A DNA stretch of 64,000 bases from Octopus bimaculoides (lineage: Eukaryota). The stretch is taken from positions 20,841,407 through 20,905,406 of the forward strand of contig NC_068991.1 in the NCBI RefSeq assembly GCF_001194135.2, written 5' to 3'. The notes under the pieces were generated by a model. The model was not told the origin of the DNA. It saw only the letters and a list, made by a program, of their open reading frames with translations, and ran no database searches. This document shows, one piece after another, positions 27,636-40,793 of this stretch. Within the stretch, counting starts at the first letter, position 1; every line of letters begins with the position of its first letter. Position numbers and translations under genes: made by a program.

Positions 27636-28021
27636 TGTTGTGTTGGCACTCTGTCGCTTACAACGTTAAGGGTTCCAGTTGATCCGATCAACGGAACAGC
27701 CTGCTCGTGAAATTAACGTGCAAGTGGCTGAGCACTCCATAGACAAGTGTACCCTTAACGTAGTTCTCGGGGATATTCAGCGTGACACAGTGTGACAAGG
27801 CCGACCCATTGAATTACAGGCACAACAGAAACAGGAAGTAAGAGTGAGAGAAAGTTATGGTGGAAGAGTACAGCAGGGTTCGCCACCATCCCCTGCCGGA
27901 GCCTCGTGGAGCTTTTAGGTGTTTTCGCTCAATAAACACTCACAATGCCCGGTCTGGGAGTCGAGACCGCGATCCTATGACTGCGAGTTTGCTGCCCTAA
28001 CCACTGGGCCATTGCGCCTCC
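27636..28021 (-). mobile_element. SINE family A, full length
   Basis: Same family, head to tail. Confidence 0.9.
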
Positions 28022-30509
28022 TCACATGAATATAAAACTAATAATCACAATAATGAAGATGTATTTTTCAATACTGTCTAGATTAAGGGGCAGACCTAAA
28101 CAAGCAAGCTTATGGTCAAAGGTGTTACAGTTATGTCCATTCTTCTCTTTATGAGAAACTGCATCTAAGTCAATATTATCCTTCCTTTTATAAGTTGGGG
28201 CATGGCTCAGTGGCTAGAGCATCGGGCTCACAATCATGAGGTAGTGAGTTCAATTCCCGGACTGTTGTGTTCTTGAACAAGACACTCTATTTCCCGTTGC
28301 TCCAGTTCACCCAGCTGCAGAAATCGGTTGTGATGTCACTGGTGCCAAGCTGTATCGGCCTTTGCCTTACCCTTGGATAACATTGGTGGCATGGAAAGAG
28401 GAGTCTGGTATGCATGGGCGACTGTTGGTCTTTCGTAAACAATCTTTCCCAGACCTGTGCCTTACAGGGTTACTTTCTAAGTGCAATCCTATGGTCATTC
28501 ATGAGTGAAGGGGGTCACTATAATATGAATTAAGAGAAACTTGATTTTTATTCCTGCAAGGGAGAGCAAATGGGCAGAAAGGGTCATGTGGCTATGACAC
28601 TGTCAACATATGTGGTTACAACATTGGTGTAGACATAGAACAAGGCAATGATCTGGTCGAATTATTACTACATCAGACAAAATGCTTAGCAGCATTTCAT
28701 CTGTCTTTATGTTCTGAGTTCAAATTCCGCCAAAGTCAACTTTTGCTTTTCATCCTTTGGAGTCGATAAAATAAGTATCAGTTAAACACCAGGGTCCATA
28801 TAATTGACTTCCCCCTCCTCCTCCGAAAGTACTGGCCTTGTGCCAAAATTTGAAACCAATACAGGTGTAGATGCTGTTGTTTAACCCCTATGTCAGTTCT
28901 CATTGAACATATCTAAGATGATGACTGTTCCACTTGATTCCATCAACAGAACAGCCTGCTCATGAAATTAACATGCAAGTGGCTGAGCACTCCACAGACA
29001 CGTGTACCCTTGATGTAGTTCTCGGGGAGATTCAGCATGACACGGGATATGACAAGGCTGGCCCTTTGAATTAACGGCACAAGTCATTTTTGTCAGCTGG
29101 GTGGACTGGAGCAACGTGAAGATAAAATGTCTTGTTAAAGGTCAAAACGTGCTGCTAGATATCGAACTCACGATCTTACCAGGCATTTTATTTATTTATT
29201 TATTTGTCAAATATAGTATATTTAAACCTTTGCCTGTCCTGTGTATAATATGTGATTCACATAATACACATTCCTGGTTTTTTTCCAACAACCAGAGTAA
29301 TCTGGGACTTATGAAAGGAAAGGTCTATATTACTCAGAACATATGACACAAGGGATAAGGTAGTAGAAAAAAAGGGTGTGTGGTAAGTAGCTTGCTTACC
29401 AACCACATGGTTCTGGGTTCAGTCCCACTGTGTGGCACCTTGGGCAAATGTCTACTACTATAGCCTCGGGCCGACCAAAGCCTTGTGAGTGGATTTTGTA
29501 GACGGAAACTGAAAGAAGCCTGTCGTATATATGTATATATATANNNNNNNNNNNNNNNNNNNNNNNNNNNNNNNNNNNNNNNNNNNNNNNNNNNNNNNNN
29601 NNNNNNNNNNNNNNNNNNNNNNNNNNNNNNNNNNNNNNNNNNNNNNNNNNNNNNNNNNNNNNNNNNNNNNNNNNNNNNNNNNNNNNNNNNNNNNNNNNNN
29701 NNNNNNNNNNNNNNNNNNNNNNNNNNNNNNNNNNNNNNNNNNNNNNNNNNNNNNNNNNNNNNNNNNNNNNNNNNNNNNNNNNNNNNNNNNNNNNNNNNNN
29801 NNNNNNNNNNNNNNNNNNNNNNNNNNNNNNNNNNNNNNNNNNNNNNNNNNNNNNNNNNNNNNNNNNNNNNNNNNNNNNNNNNNNNNNNNNNNNNNNNNNN
29901 NNNNNNNNNNNNNNNNNNNNNNNNNNNNNNNNNNNNNNNNNNNNNNNNNNNNNNNNNNNNNNNNNNNNNNNNNNNNNNNNNNNNNNNNNNNNNNNNNNNN
30001 NNNNNNNNNNNNNNNNNNNNNNNNNNNNNNNNNNNNNNNNNNNNNNNNNNNNNNNNNNNNNNNNNNNNNNNNNNNNNNNNNNNNNNNNNNNNNNNNNNNN
30101 NNNNNNNNNNNNNNNNNNNNNNNNNNNNNNNNNNNNNNNNNNNNNNNNNNNNNNNNNNNNNNNNNNNNNNNNNNNNNNNNNNNNNNNNNNNNNNNNNNNN
30201 NNNNNNNNNNNNNNNNNNNNNNNNNNNNNNNNNNNNNNNNNNNNNNNNNNNNNNNNNNNNNNNNNNNNNNNNNNNNNNNNNNNNNNNNNNNNNNNNNNNN
30301 NNNNNNNNNNNNNNNNNNNNNNNNNNNNNNNNNNNNNNNNNNNNNNNNNNNNNNNNNNNNNNNNNNNNNNNNNNNNNNNNNNNNNNNNNNNNNNNNNNNN
30401 NNNNNNNNNNNNNNNNNNNNNNNNNNNNNNNNNNNNNNNNNNNNNNNNNNNNNNNNNNNNNNNNNNNNNNNNNNNNNNNNNNNNNNNNNNNNNNNNNNNN
30501 NNNNNNNNN

Positions 30510-30804
30510 GGCTGAGCACTCCACAGACACGTGTATCCTTAACATAGTTCTCGGGGATGTTCAGCGTGACACAGTGTAACAAGGCTGACCCTTTGAATTA
30601 CAGGCATAACAGAAACAGGAAGTAAGAGTGAGAGAAAGTTGTGGTGGAAGAGTACAGCAGGGTTCTCCACCATCCCCTGCCAGAGCCTCATGGTGCTTTA
30701 GGTGTTTTCGCTCAATAAACACTCACAACGCCCGATCTGGGAATCAAAACAGCGATCCTATGACCGCGAGTCCGCTGCCCTAACCACTGGGCCATTGCGC
30801 CTCC
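30510..30804 (-). mobile_element. SINE family A (3' part in gap)
   Basis: Sequence similarity to the other family A copies. Confidence 0.88.
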
Positions 30805-31159
30805 TATCATGTCACTAGAGAGGATGCATACAGTAGGACTAAAGAGTCCTCTCCATTCTGTGTTATGTGTATTTGTTTAGCATTACTGTTCTCCTAGACT
30901 AGTTGCAAGCACAGTCCTCAGTCATTACTTCTTAACACGACAGTTTTTAGAGCAAGATACCCTGAGTGAGATTGACTGAAATGATGATGAACTATTACAC
31001 ACTTTCAAACACAGATGCATCTGAATAGTACTGTCAGAGAACAGGTTGGATATGCATGACTGTTTTATCATCATCATCAGCATCATCATTTGAGATCCAT
31101 GTCCTCTGCTGGACAATTCCTGACATTGAGTAAAAGAAAATACAGGAGGATCAATTATG

Positions 31160-31260
31160 ATTTCATCCAATATATTCCCCTCTCAGATTCACACACTTAT
31201 TGCAATAGTCCATCAGTTTTCCTAAGCTCTGTAAAAGAACTCAGAAGGTTGGGCATCCAA
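31160..31260 (-). mobile_element. Mariner C-terminal fragment
   Basis: LGKLMDYCNKCVNLRGEYIG* resembles the mariner ending (KL..RW.KCV.L.GDY). Confidence 0.5.
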
Positions 31261-31572
31261 CAAGGTCTTTCATGATACCCTTAAAACAAGGAATTTTACA
31301 GCAACCCCCCTACCTCGTATATCATCATCATCAATCAGAATTAGCTATGAAAAGGGTCATGGAGAACTATGCACAACAACCTTTTCTCCAGAAATGAAGA
31401 AGAGGGCTTCAGGGAGGTAGTAACCCCATCTCTTAGTAAGAAGGACTGCTATGCTACTGGATCTGTAGCATAGCAGTTTTATGGCTAGATGCCCTTCCTA
31501 ATGCCAGCTGCATTACAGAAAGTACTGGGTGCTTTTTTTTCTTTTGTGCTACCAGCACTTAATAGTACATAA

Positions 31573-31967
31573 TTGTTGTTGTTGTTGTTGGCACTCCATC
31601 GCTTACGACATCGAGGGTTCCAGTTGATCCGATCAACGGAACAGCCTGCTCGTGAAATTAACGCACAAGTGGCTGAGCACTCCACAGACACGTGTACCCT
31701 TAACGTAGTTCTCGGAGATATTCAGCGTGACACAGTGTGACAAAGCTGACCCTTTGAATTACAGGCACAACAGAAACAGGAAGTAAGAGTGAAAGACAGT
31801 TGTGGTGGAAGAGTACAGCAGGGTTCTCCACCATCCCCTGCCAGAGCCTCGTGGAGCTTTAGGTGTTTTCGCTCAATAAACACTCACAATGCCCGGTCTG
31901 GGAATCGAAACCGCGATCCTATAACCGCGAGTCCGCTGCCCTAACCACTGGGCCATTGCGCCTCCAC
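31573..31967 (-). mobile_element. SINE family A, full length
   Basis: Reverse complement of the 43137-43511 family, head to (CAA)n tail. Confidence 0.9.
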
Positions 31968-32080
31968 ATAATTATAAACTATTAAAACTAAAACACAACC
32001 AAGGTAAATAAAATTAAATATAACTTAAGAAAAATATTGGTAGGAAAAGACAAGAAAACCTCAAAGTTGCACCAACTTAC

Positions 32081-32213
32081 CAGAATTCCGATTTGAAGAA
32101 TCCGGATAAAATGAAGATTCTAATGGAGGCGATTTTTGGTCTTTAGATACAACAGAGTTGATATGGGCCTCTTGGAGTTCATGGTTCTGTTGCTTCAGCA
32201 GCTGGTTTTCCTT
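32081..32213 (-). CDS. TRIP11: TRIP11 coding exon 4 (KENQLLKQQNHELQEAHINSVVSKDQKSPPLESSFYPDSSNRNS-G)
   Basis: Acceptor aattttcag|AAG; 133 nt; donor G|GTAAGT. Phase 0-1 fits exons 3 and 5. Coiled coil followed by a Ser/Pro linker, as in GMAP-210. Confidence 0.8.
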
Positions 32214-32591
32214 CTGAAAATTAAATTGGAAAAAATACAGATTTCTTACTTTGTCACAACCCTGCACACCTGTAGGGGAGGAGACGTACAGGTTTTAGAA
32301 TTAATTTTGCAGTATGGCTGAGATAACTTATTTTGGGAACATCATTATCATTATCATTGTCATTTTAACATCCATTTTTCCATGTTTGCATGGGTTGGAC
32401 GGAGTTTATTATGGCATATTTTCTATGACTAGATGCCCCTGCTGTCACCAACCCCCAACTGTTTCCAAGTAAAGCAATATTTCCCTCTTTGCATGGTATG
32501 ACAGTGACACTAACAACTATCACGTGGTGATCAAGACAAAGAGACACAAAGACAGATACACAAACTGAAATATTTATATACATCTATACAT

Positions 32592-32622
<31 letters not shown>

Positions 32623-33642
32623 CAGATATATATATCCCCCTCTCACTCTCTGGGAGAGAGGCACAAGCACATACACAGACATATACACATGCAGCAGTAA
32701 CTTCTGCCTACCAAATTCAATCACAAAGCTTCTGTTGGCGTCCATATATCTATATATNNNNNNNNNNNNNNNNNNNNNNNNNNNNNNNNNNNNNNNNNNN
32801 NNNNNNNNNNNNNNNNNNNNNNNNNNNNNNNNNNNNNNNNNNNNNNNNNNNNNNNNNNNNNNNNNNNNNNNNNNNNNNNNNNNNNNNNNNNNNNNNNNNN
32901 NNNNNNNNNNNNNNNNNNNNNNNNNNNNNNNNNNNNNNNNNNNNNNNNNNNNNNNNNNNNNNNNNNNNNNNNNNNNNNNNNNNNNNNNNNNNNNNNNNNN
33001 NNNNNNNNNNNNNNNNNNNNNNNNNNNNNNNNNNNNNNNNNNNNNNNNNNNNNNNNNNNNNNNNNNNNNNNNNNNNNNNNNNNNNNNNNNNNNNNNNNNN
33101 NNNNNNNNNNNNNNNNNNNNNNNNNNNNNNNNNNNNNNNNNNNNNNNNNNNNNNNNNNNNNNNNNNNNNNNNNNNNNNNNNNNNNNNNNNNNNNNNNNNN
33201 NNNNNNNNNNNNNNNNNNNNNNNNNNNNNNNNNNNNNNNNNNNNNNNNNNNNNNNNNNNNNNNNNNNNNNNNNNNNNNNNNNNNNNNNNNNNNNNNNNNN
33301 NNNNNNNNNNNNNNNNNNNNNNNNNNNNNNNNNNNNNNNNNNNNNNNNNNNNNNNNNNNNNNNNNNNNNNNNNNNNNNNNNNNNNNNNNNNNNNNNNNNN
33401 NNNNNNNNNNNNNNNNNNNNNNNNNNNNNNNNNNNNNNNNNNNNNNNNNNNNNNNNNNNNNNNNNNNNNNNNNNNNNNNNNNNNNNNNNNNNNNNNNNNN
33501 NNNNNNNNNNNNNNNNNNNNNNNNNNNNNNNNNNNNNNNNNNNNNNNNNNNNNNNNNNNNNNNNNNNNNNNNNNNNNNNNNNNNNNNNNNNNNNNNNNNN
33601 NNNNNNNNNNNNNNNNNNNNNNNNNNNNNNNNNNNNNNNNNN

Positions 33643-33687
<45 letters not shown>

Positions 33688-33989
33688 TATAATAAATCTC
33701 TGAGCAAGGTATAAACAGTAGCAGCAAAGTGATTGTCACTCGCTGATGACGGGTCAATACCCAGAAACCTGGGTCCGTGTGTATCACGTCAGGTTGAAGA
33801 TGGGAAGGATGACTTCCCTTTGGAAATATTGATAGGACACAGAAAGTGTGTTAATAGCCAGCTGTAGAAAATCTGCAGCAACAGATTTCAACAGACTCAT
33901 GCAAACATGGTAAAATGAATATTAAATGATGACAATTATCTCTCACACACATATTTATAATCAAATTTGTGTATTTTATCAATCTTTAT

Positions 33990-34610
33990 GAAGTGCAGGA
34001 GTGGTTGAGTGGCAAGAAGCTTGCTTCCAGTTTCGGTCCTACTGCATGGCACCTTGGGTAAGTGTCTTCTACTATAACCCTGGGCAGGCCAAAGCCTTGT
34101 GAGTGGATTTGGTAGAAAGAAACTGAAAGAAGCAAGCTGGCAGAAACGTTAGCGCGCCAGGCGAAATGCTTAGCGGCATTTCGTCTGCCGCTATGTTCAG
34201 AGTTCAAATTCTGCCAAGGTCGACTTTGCCTTTCATCCTTTCGGGGTTGATTAAATAAGTACCAGTTATGCACTGGGGTTGATATAATCGACTTAATCCC
34301 TTTGTCTGTCCTTGTTTGTCCCCTCTGTGTGTAGCCCCTTGTGGGTAGTAAAGAAATAAGAAACTGAAAGAGGCCCATTGTGTGTGTATGTATATATCTA
34401 CATTTGTGTGTCTTTGTGTCTGTGTTTGTCCCCCCATCACTTCTTGACAACCGATGTTGGTGTGTTTATGTCCCCAGTAACTTAGCAGTGACCAATAGCA
34501 TAAGTACGAGACTTAAAAAAAAAGTTCTGGGGTTGATTCATTTGACTAAAAAATTCAAAGCGGTGCCCCAGCATGGCCGCAGTCTAATGACTGAAAGAAG
34601 TAAAAGATAA
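33990..34610 (+). mobile_element. Composite SINE family B/C containing a nested family D SINE (34131-34359)
   Basis: B head (gcaccttgggtaagtgtcttctactat, CORE-like) and C tail (...gcggtgccccagcatggccgcagtc...gtaaaaga). The D insert is flanked by a 12-bp TSD, GAAACTGAAAGA (34119-34130 / 34360-34371). Confidence 0.85.
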
Positions 34611-34921
34611 AAAAATATATATCTTGTTTACTATCAAAATGTCTCATCATACATTTAAGACGTGGTGAGTGGTAGCGATACTTCACCGTAAAATAGCATG
34701 CTCATGTAACAGAGATCAGGTCATCAATGTTCACAACAAAGGACAATAAGTGTATAATTGCAATGTAAGCAAATTTTATAAATATTTAAGAATGTCAAGG
34801 AATATAACAAAAATATCAATAAATATTTTAAAACATCAATAATTAGCACAGAAAAGTCAAATATTTTAACTGAAGCAAAACTAATATCAATGAAGTAAAC
34901 AAAATTAATATCAATAAACAT

Positions 34922-34956
<35 letters not shown>

Positions 34957-35991
34957 CTGTTTTACTATGCTTGCATGAGTTGGATAGAATTTCATTGAGG
35001 TGGATTTTCTAAAATCGGATTCCTTTTTGTTGCCAACCCTCAACTGTTTCTGAGTAAGATAATATTTTCTCATGACCAGACATGTTTTCATGGAAGATCG
35101 GGAAGGATACTGCTTGCATGACAGAGATATTCATTTACAGCTATCAGGTGATGTCAAGGCACACACACATGTACGACAAGCTTGTTTCAGTTTCAGTCAA
35201 TGAAACCCACTCAGAAGGATTTGGCCAACCTGGAGCTACAGCAGAAAATACTTGCCCAAGGAACCTAAGTGTTGTACAGATCGGAATGAACCCAGAACCA
35301 TGAGTTTAAGATGCAAAGTTCTTACCCTACAGCCACATATTATATTTAAATGACTAATAATAATAATACCTGATAGGCCACGTGGCTTAGTGGTTAGAGT
35401 ACTTGGCTTATGATCGTAAGTTCATGAGTTCGTTACCCAGCAGCATGTTGTGTCCTTGGGCAAGTTACTTTATTTCACATTGCTCCAGTCCACTCAGCTG
35501 GCAAAAATGGAGCTACAGCAGAAAATACTTGCCCAAGGATCTTCGGTGCCATACAGTGGAATTAAACCCAGAACCATGTGGTTAGGAAACAAACTTCTTA
35601 CCACACAGCTACATGTGCACCTTACTATATTTAAATGACTAGTAATTATGATACCTGTGAAGAAACACAACTCAATGGATAGGGTATTCAGCTCTCGATC
35701 ACAAAGTAATGAGTTCAATACTCAGCAGCACATTGTGTCCTTGGGCAAGACACTTTATTTCATGTTGCTCCAGTCCACTCAGCTGGCAAAAAAGAGTAGC
35801 ATTTCAAAGAGCCAGCCTGGTCACAATGTGCCATACTGAATTTCCCTGAGAATGTTAAAGGTACAGGTATCAGTGGAGTGCTCAGGTATTTGCACATTAA
35901 TATCACTAGCAGCTTGTTCCAATGATTGGATCGACTGGAATACACATTGTTGAAGTTGAGAAAGTACCAGTTCTAATAATGATACCACATA

Positions 35992-36449
35992 TTGTTGTTG
36001 CCACTCCGTCGCTTACGACGTCGAGGATTCCAGTTGATCCGATCAATGGAACAGCCTGCTCGTGAAATTAACGTGCAAGTGGCTGAGAACTCCACAGACA
36101 TGTATACCGTTAACGTAGTTCTCGGAGATATTCAGCGTGACACAGAGTGTGACAAGGCTGACCCTTTGAATTACAGGCACAACAGAAACAGGAAGTAAGA
36201 GTGAGAGAAAGTTGTGGTGAAAGAGTACAGCAGGGCTCGCCACCATCCCCTGCCGGAGCCTCGTGGAGCTGTGAGAAAAAGTTGTGGTGAAAGAGTACAG
36301 CAGGGTTCGCCACCATCCCCTGCCGGAGCCTCGTGGAGCTTTTAGGTGTTTTCGCTCAATAAACACTCACAACGCCCGGTTTGGGAATCGAAACAACGAT
36401 CCTATGACCGCGAGTCCGTTGCCCTAACCACTGGGCCATTGCGCCTCCA
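35992..36449 (-). mobile_element. SINE family A with an internal ~70-bp tandem duplication
   Basis: The segment gtgag..aaagttgtggtgaaagagtacagcaggg..cgccaccatcccctgccggagcctcgtggagct occurs twice, at about 36200-36340. Confidence 0.9.
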
Positions 36450-36955
36450 CAATGATACCACAATACTGTGGCTTTAGTTTTGACAGCTTGGACACAAGAG
36501 TTTCCTGTATAATAAACACAAATATGACAGTGTGTCATGTATGCAATATAGTGAATCGAAGAACTTGATCAACTGGGATTATCTATGTGATAAGTAGATA
36601 AAAAAAAAAACAGCAACCAAGGGAGATAACTACAATAATCTTAGATGATAGAAATTTGGGGCTAAATTAAAAGATATTACTGTTGCCCATTATATGACAG
36701 GTCACTTTGGAAGTATACTTTTGGCACCATATGGAATATCAGGAAATATGGCAGACACACAATAATTATGACTTGTCTTTTATCGAATTTTCGGTGCTTA
36801 TACAAAATAATGAAATGAATACTAATTTTCAAAAGAAAAATATGCATTTCTCTGTGATTTAGCTCCTCTTCTGCTCCTCTGTTTGTGATTTATTTTTCTC
36901 GCTATGTCTGTGTGTGTCTGTGTGTGTGTGTGTGTGTGAGTGTAGGTCTGAATGC

Positions 36956-36988
<33 letters not shown>

Positions 36989-37819
36989 CGTGTGTTTGTG
37001 AGTGGGTGTGTGTGTGGCTGTAGCAGTCCTTTACTCATTGCCTGCAACCAAGCCTAGTATATGCACTCATCCTGCAGCTCTTATGTTAACTCCCTCAATA
37101 TTTCTTTCTCTCTCTCTCCACCCCCTCTCTATACAATGTAAAGCAACATTTTGTCCTTCATCATGATGATCATCAGTTAACATCCGTTTTTCTATGCTGG
37201 CGTGGGTTGGACAGTGCAGCAGGATCTGACAAGCTGTAGGACTGTGCCAAGCTCCTGTGTCATCTTTGGCATGTTTTCAACACTTGGATACTCCTACTAA
37301 TGCCAACCAGCTTACAGTGTGTAGTTGGTGCTTGGCACTAGTGAGGTCATTAAGTTACAATGGCTATTAATAATTAGGAATGCCTCATAAAGGTTACTAA
37401 TTTCTATCATTGGTACAAGGCCAGAAATTCAGCAACAGTCAATTATATCAATGTTAGTACATGACCGATGTTTTATAACATAACTGATTTCAGTAGGATT
37501 TGAACACAGACCATTCAGATCATCATCAGCATCAACATCATCACCATTTAACATCCCATTTTTCAAACTGGCATATGTTAGACAGTTTAACTAGGAGCTT
37601 GTGAGCCAGAGGACTGTGCCAAGCTTTAGTGTCTGCTGCAGCCTAGTTTCTATGGCTGGATAATCTTCTTAATGCCAACCACTTTACAGAATCGCTGAGT
37701 GCTTTTTATGTGGCAACAGGGTCAGCATGTAATTATACTGCAAGGCATTTTTCCCAGTACCCTATAACATCACTGCCAATCCACTTCCTTCTGCTGAAGT
37801 GTTTTTAATACTGAAACAT

Positions 37820-37874
37820 GTCCATAGAAGAGAATATGACCAAAGACTGCGTGTACTCCATCCCATGCAGCTGT
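37820..37874 (+). mobile_element. Left half of a Penelope GIY-YIG fragment split by an RTE insertion
   Basis: Encodes ..IEENMTKDCVYSIPCSC and continues at 40593-40692 (CSCSRLYKGETRRPLKI*VGKHRKAVTRRDID). Confidence 0.8.
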
Positions 37875-40592
37875 GCTTGCTTACTTGCTTGCTTAAGGCA
37901 GTCCATCTTGACAGATGACGACGTCGTCTTTGATCCTTAGGGGTTGTCTCGATAGTGTTGGCAGGCCCTCTCATGGCTGAAAAGGCCAATTCTGGAGTCA
38001 CATGTCTGATTACACTGAGAGCAGTGAAGAGGGTTCCAACAAAGATGAGCTCATCTAGGATTTTGTTGACGTTCCTTGAGCTGTCTCTGCTTTTCTTCGC
38101 GAAGTCTAGTCCACTCATCCTCAAAATGCTGCATAACAGTTTTGACCATACCCTTCCAGGTAGTATGGTCTGTAACCAGTGTTTCAAGTTCACCAGAGGG
38201 GATGTTTCAGAGCTTCAGGGATTTTTGAGATGATCTTTATATCGCTTCTTTGGACCTCTGTGTAGTCGGTTACCCTCTGCTAACTCCCCAAAAGGGACAA
38301 TCTTGGGTATACAGTTTTCCGGCATCCGATAGCATGTCCCACCCAGTGCAGTTGACGTCCGAGGATCATGCATTCCATGCTGGTCAATTTCGCTCGTCTA
38401 AGGATCATCGTATGTGGGATTTTGTCCTTACAGGTCAGATGAAGAATGCACTGGAGACATAGGATATGAAAGGATTCAAGGAGTTTAACATGATGACGAT
38501 AAAGTGTCCAGGTTTCTGAGTAGTCTCTGTCCATTAGCATTCATTTTCCCTGTGTCATGAGGTCAGAGGATCCCTTACCAGGCGGTATTGTCACACCCAA
38601 CACGGGAGTTGAAGTTACCCATGAGTACGGACTTGTCTGATTGGGAGATGTTTCAAAACGCAATACGCAGAGAATCATAGAAGGAGTCTTTTATCTCTTC
38701 ATCAGAGTTGAGAATTGGTCCATAAACACTGAGAATTGTCAGAAAACGTTTATTCGAAAATGAGATTTTGATTGTCATCAGGCGCTTACTGCTACAGGAG
38801 GGTACTCCAGGAATTTTCTGCAATAGGCTGTTCTTGATTGCGAAACAAAACCCATGCAAACAGGGCATCCCAGAGGGATGTCCTTTCCAGAAAAAGGTGT
38901 ATCCACCAGCTTCTTCAGTGAGGGAACCCTCATCAGAGAAACGAGTCTCACTGAGTGCAGCAATGTTGACGTTGTAGCACTTGAGTTCAGTGGCTACAAC
39001 AGCAGTGTGTCGNNNNNNNNNNNNNNNNNNNNNNNNNNNNNNNNNNNNNNNNNNNNNNNNNNNNNNNNNNNNNNNNNNNNNNNGGGGGGGGGGGAGTCGA
39101 ATGTCCAGCTCATCATGTAAAACGTCATAAAGGAGGGTGTGAACATTCCAACATGCAAGGCTGAGGTTTGAGGGTCTTTCTTTCTTTTTCAATTTTGATG
39201 CTTGGTTTTGACCGCATGTTTGGGGACGACTCACTGGGAGCGGTTACCCAGTCGAGCAAGTGAGGACGAGCTTTTTCTGAGCCACATTTTCTAGGCCCTT
39301 CCCCATGTGGGGCAGGCAGTGCTATCCCCGAAAAGGGTTGCCTGGACGCACAAGCAGGACCGAGGTGGCTGTTCATCCACGGGTCCATCCAACAACAACC
39401 ATTTTACTCATGCCGCCTACGTGCAAGACTCCAACTAGAGGCTTCCAACTACATCTTAGTCTGCCCCCGTCGCCAGATGATCCTATTGTTGCAGGACTTG
39501 CAGAAAGGGTGAAAGTGAATGAAGGATGAAAGGCGAAGCTTGTGCTTTGAAAAGTTTAGGGTGCCAGAGAGGATGCACAGTTCTCAGCTGCATGCACTTG
39601 ACAGAAGGCAAGGGGAGAGGGGGTTAAATGGCAAGAGGAGTCTCGAGATGATTGACCCTTGTCTTCTGCTGCAACGAGCTGCCGGAGTTGATGGATAAGA
39701 TCCTATGCTCTGCCTTGGGACCAGCCCATCTGGTCCTGTTCGCAGGCTTCCTGCGGCAAGCTACCAGAACTCCAGTTTATCATAGTCCACCTTTATAGCC
39801 AGCTTGCAAGGCATCACCCTCATCCGCCTTGACTAGGAACAGAACCGCCGTAGGGGACTTGCAATACCAGAGCCCCGTGAGCCACATTTTCAAGATTCGG
39901 GCTCTAAGTATATATATATATATATATATAAAAGTAAAAATGTACATATGTATACATACAAAAAAACAATAATAATTTTTTTTTTAAATAAAGAATAAAA
40001 AAAGGTGTTATGTGTGAATAAGAATTGCATATAAATAATATTGTATAAAGATAAGTAAAAGATATGCAATTAAAAGGCATAAAATNNNNNNNNNNNNNNN
40101 NNNNNNNNNNNNNNNNNNNNNNNNNNNNNNNNNNNNNNNNNNNNNNNNNNNNNNNNNNNNNNNNNNNNNNNNNNNNNNNNNNNNNNNNNNNNNNNNNNNN
40201 NNNNNNNNNNNNNNNNNNNNNNNNNNNNNNNNNNNNNNNNNNNNNNNNNNNNNNNNNNNNNNNNNNNNNNNNNNNNNNNNNNNNNNNNNNNNNNNNNNNN
40301 NNNNNNNNNNNNNNNNNNNNNNNNNNNNNNNNNNNNNNNNNNNNNAGAGTAAAAATATACATATATACATTTAAAAAAAAAAAGAAAAGGTATATACATA
40401 TTTACAGGCATTTTGTTGGATGGCCGTTGGCAATTTAGGAGTTCATCCACCCTTTGTCAGGTCTTATTTTTCATCCTTCAGGGTGTCCAACAACACCCTC
40501 CTCACCAAGCAAGTTTAGTCGTTGACGATCCAACCATGCGACTGGTTGTACTGGATTACACGTTACCAGTAGCACTCAAGAGCAGCCTGACA
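37875..40592 (-). mobile_element. RTE (BovB-like) LINE, internally deleted, with 11-bp TSD
   Basis: TSD CATGCAGCTGT at 37864-37874 and 40593-40603. APE endonuclease (LACWNVHTL, IAALSETR, SVYGP, GNFNSRVG). C-terminal region (SETWTLY...QLHWVGH; CSQCNQTCDSRIGLFSH C2H2-like). (AAGC)n-like tail. RT domain missing. Confidence 0.9.
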
Positions 40593-40747
40593 CATGCAGC
40601 TGTAGTAGGTTATACAAAGGCGAAACACGCCGCCCCCTCAAAATATAGGTAGGCAAACATCGCAAAGCTGTGACACGAAGAGATATTGATAACATTATTT
40701 ACATTATTTACATTTGACAGATATTTGTCCTGATCCTGTTTGTTGTT

Positions 40748-40793
40748 AACACAACGTTTCAGCTGATATACCCTCCAGCCTTCATCAGTTGTC
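40748..40793 (-). ncRNA. Minimal hammerhead ribozyme motif, sense to the TRIP11 pre-mRNA, with a stem I mismatch
   Basis: Minus strand: GACAA-CTGATGA-A-GGCTG(gagggtatat)CAGCT-GAAAC-GTT-GTGTT. Confidence 0.62.
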
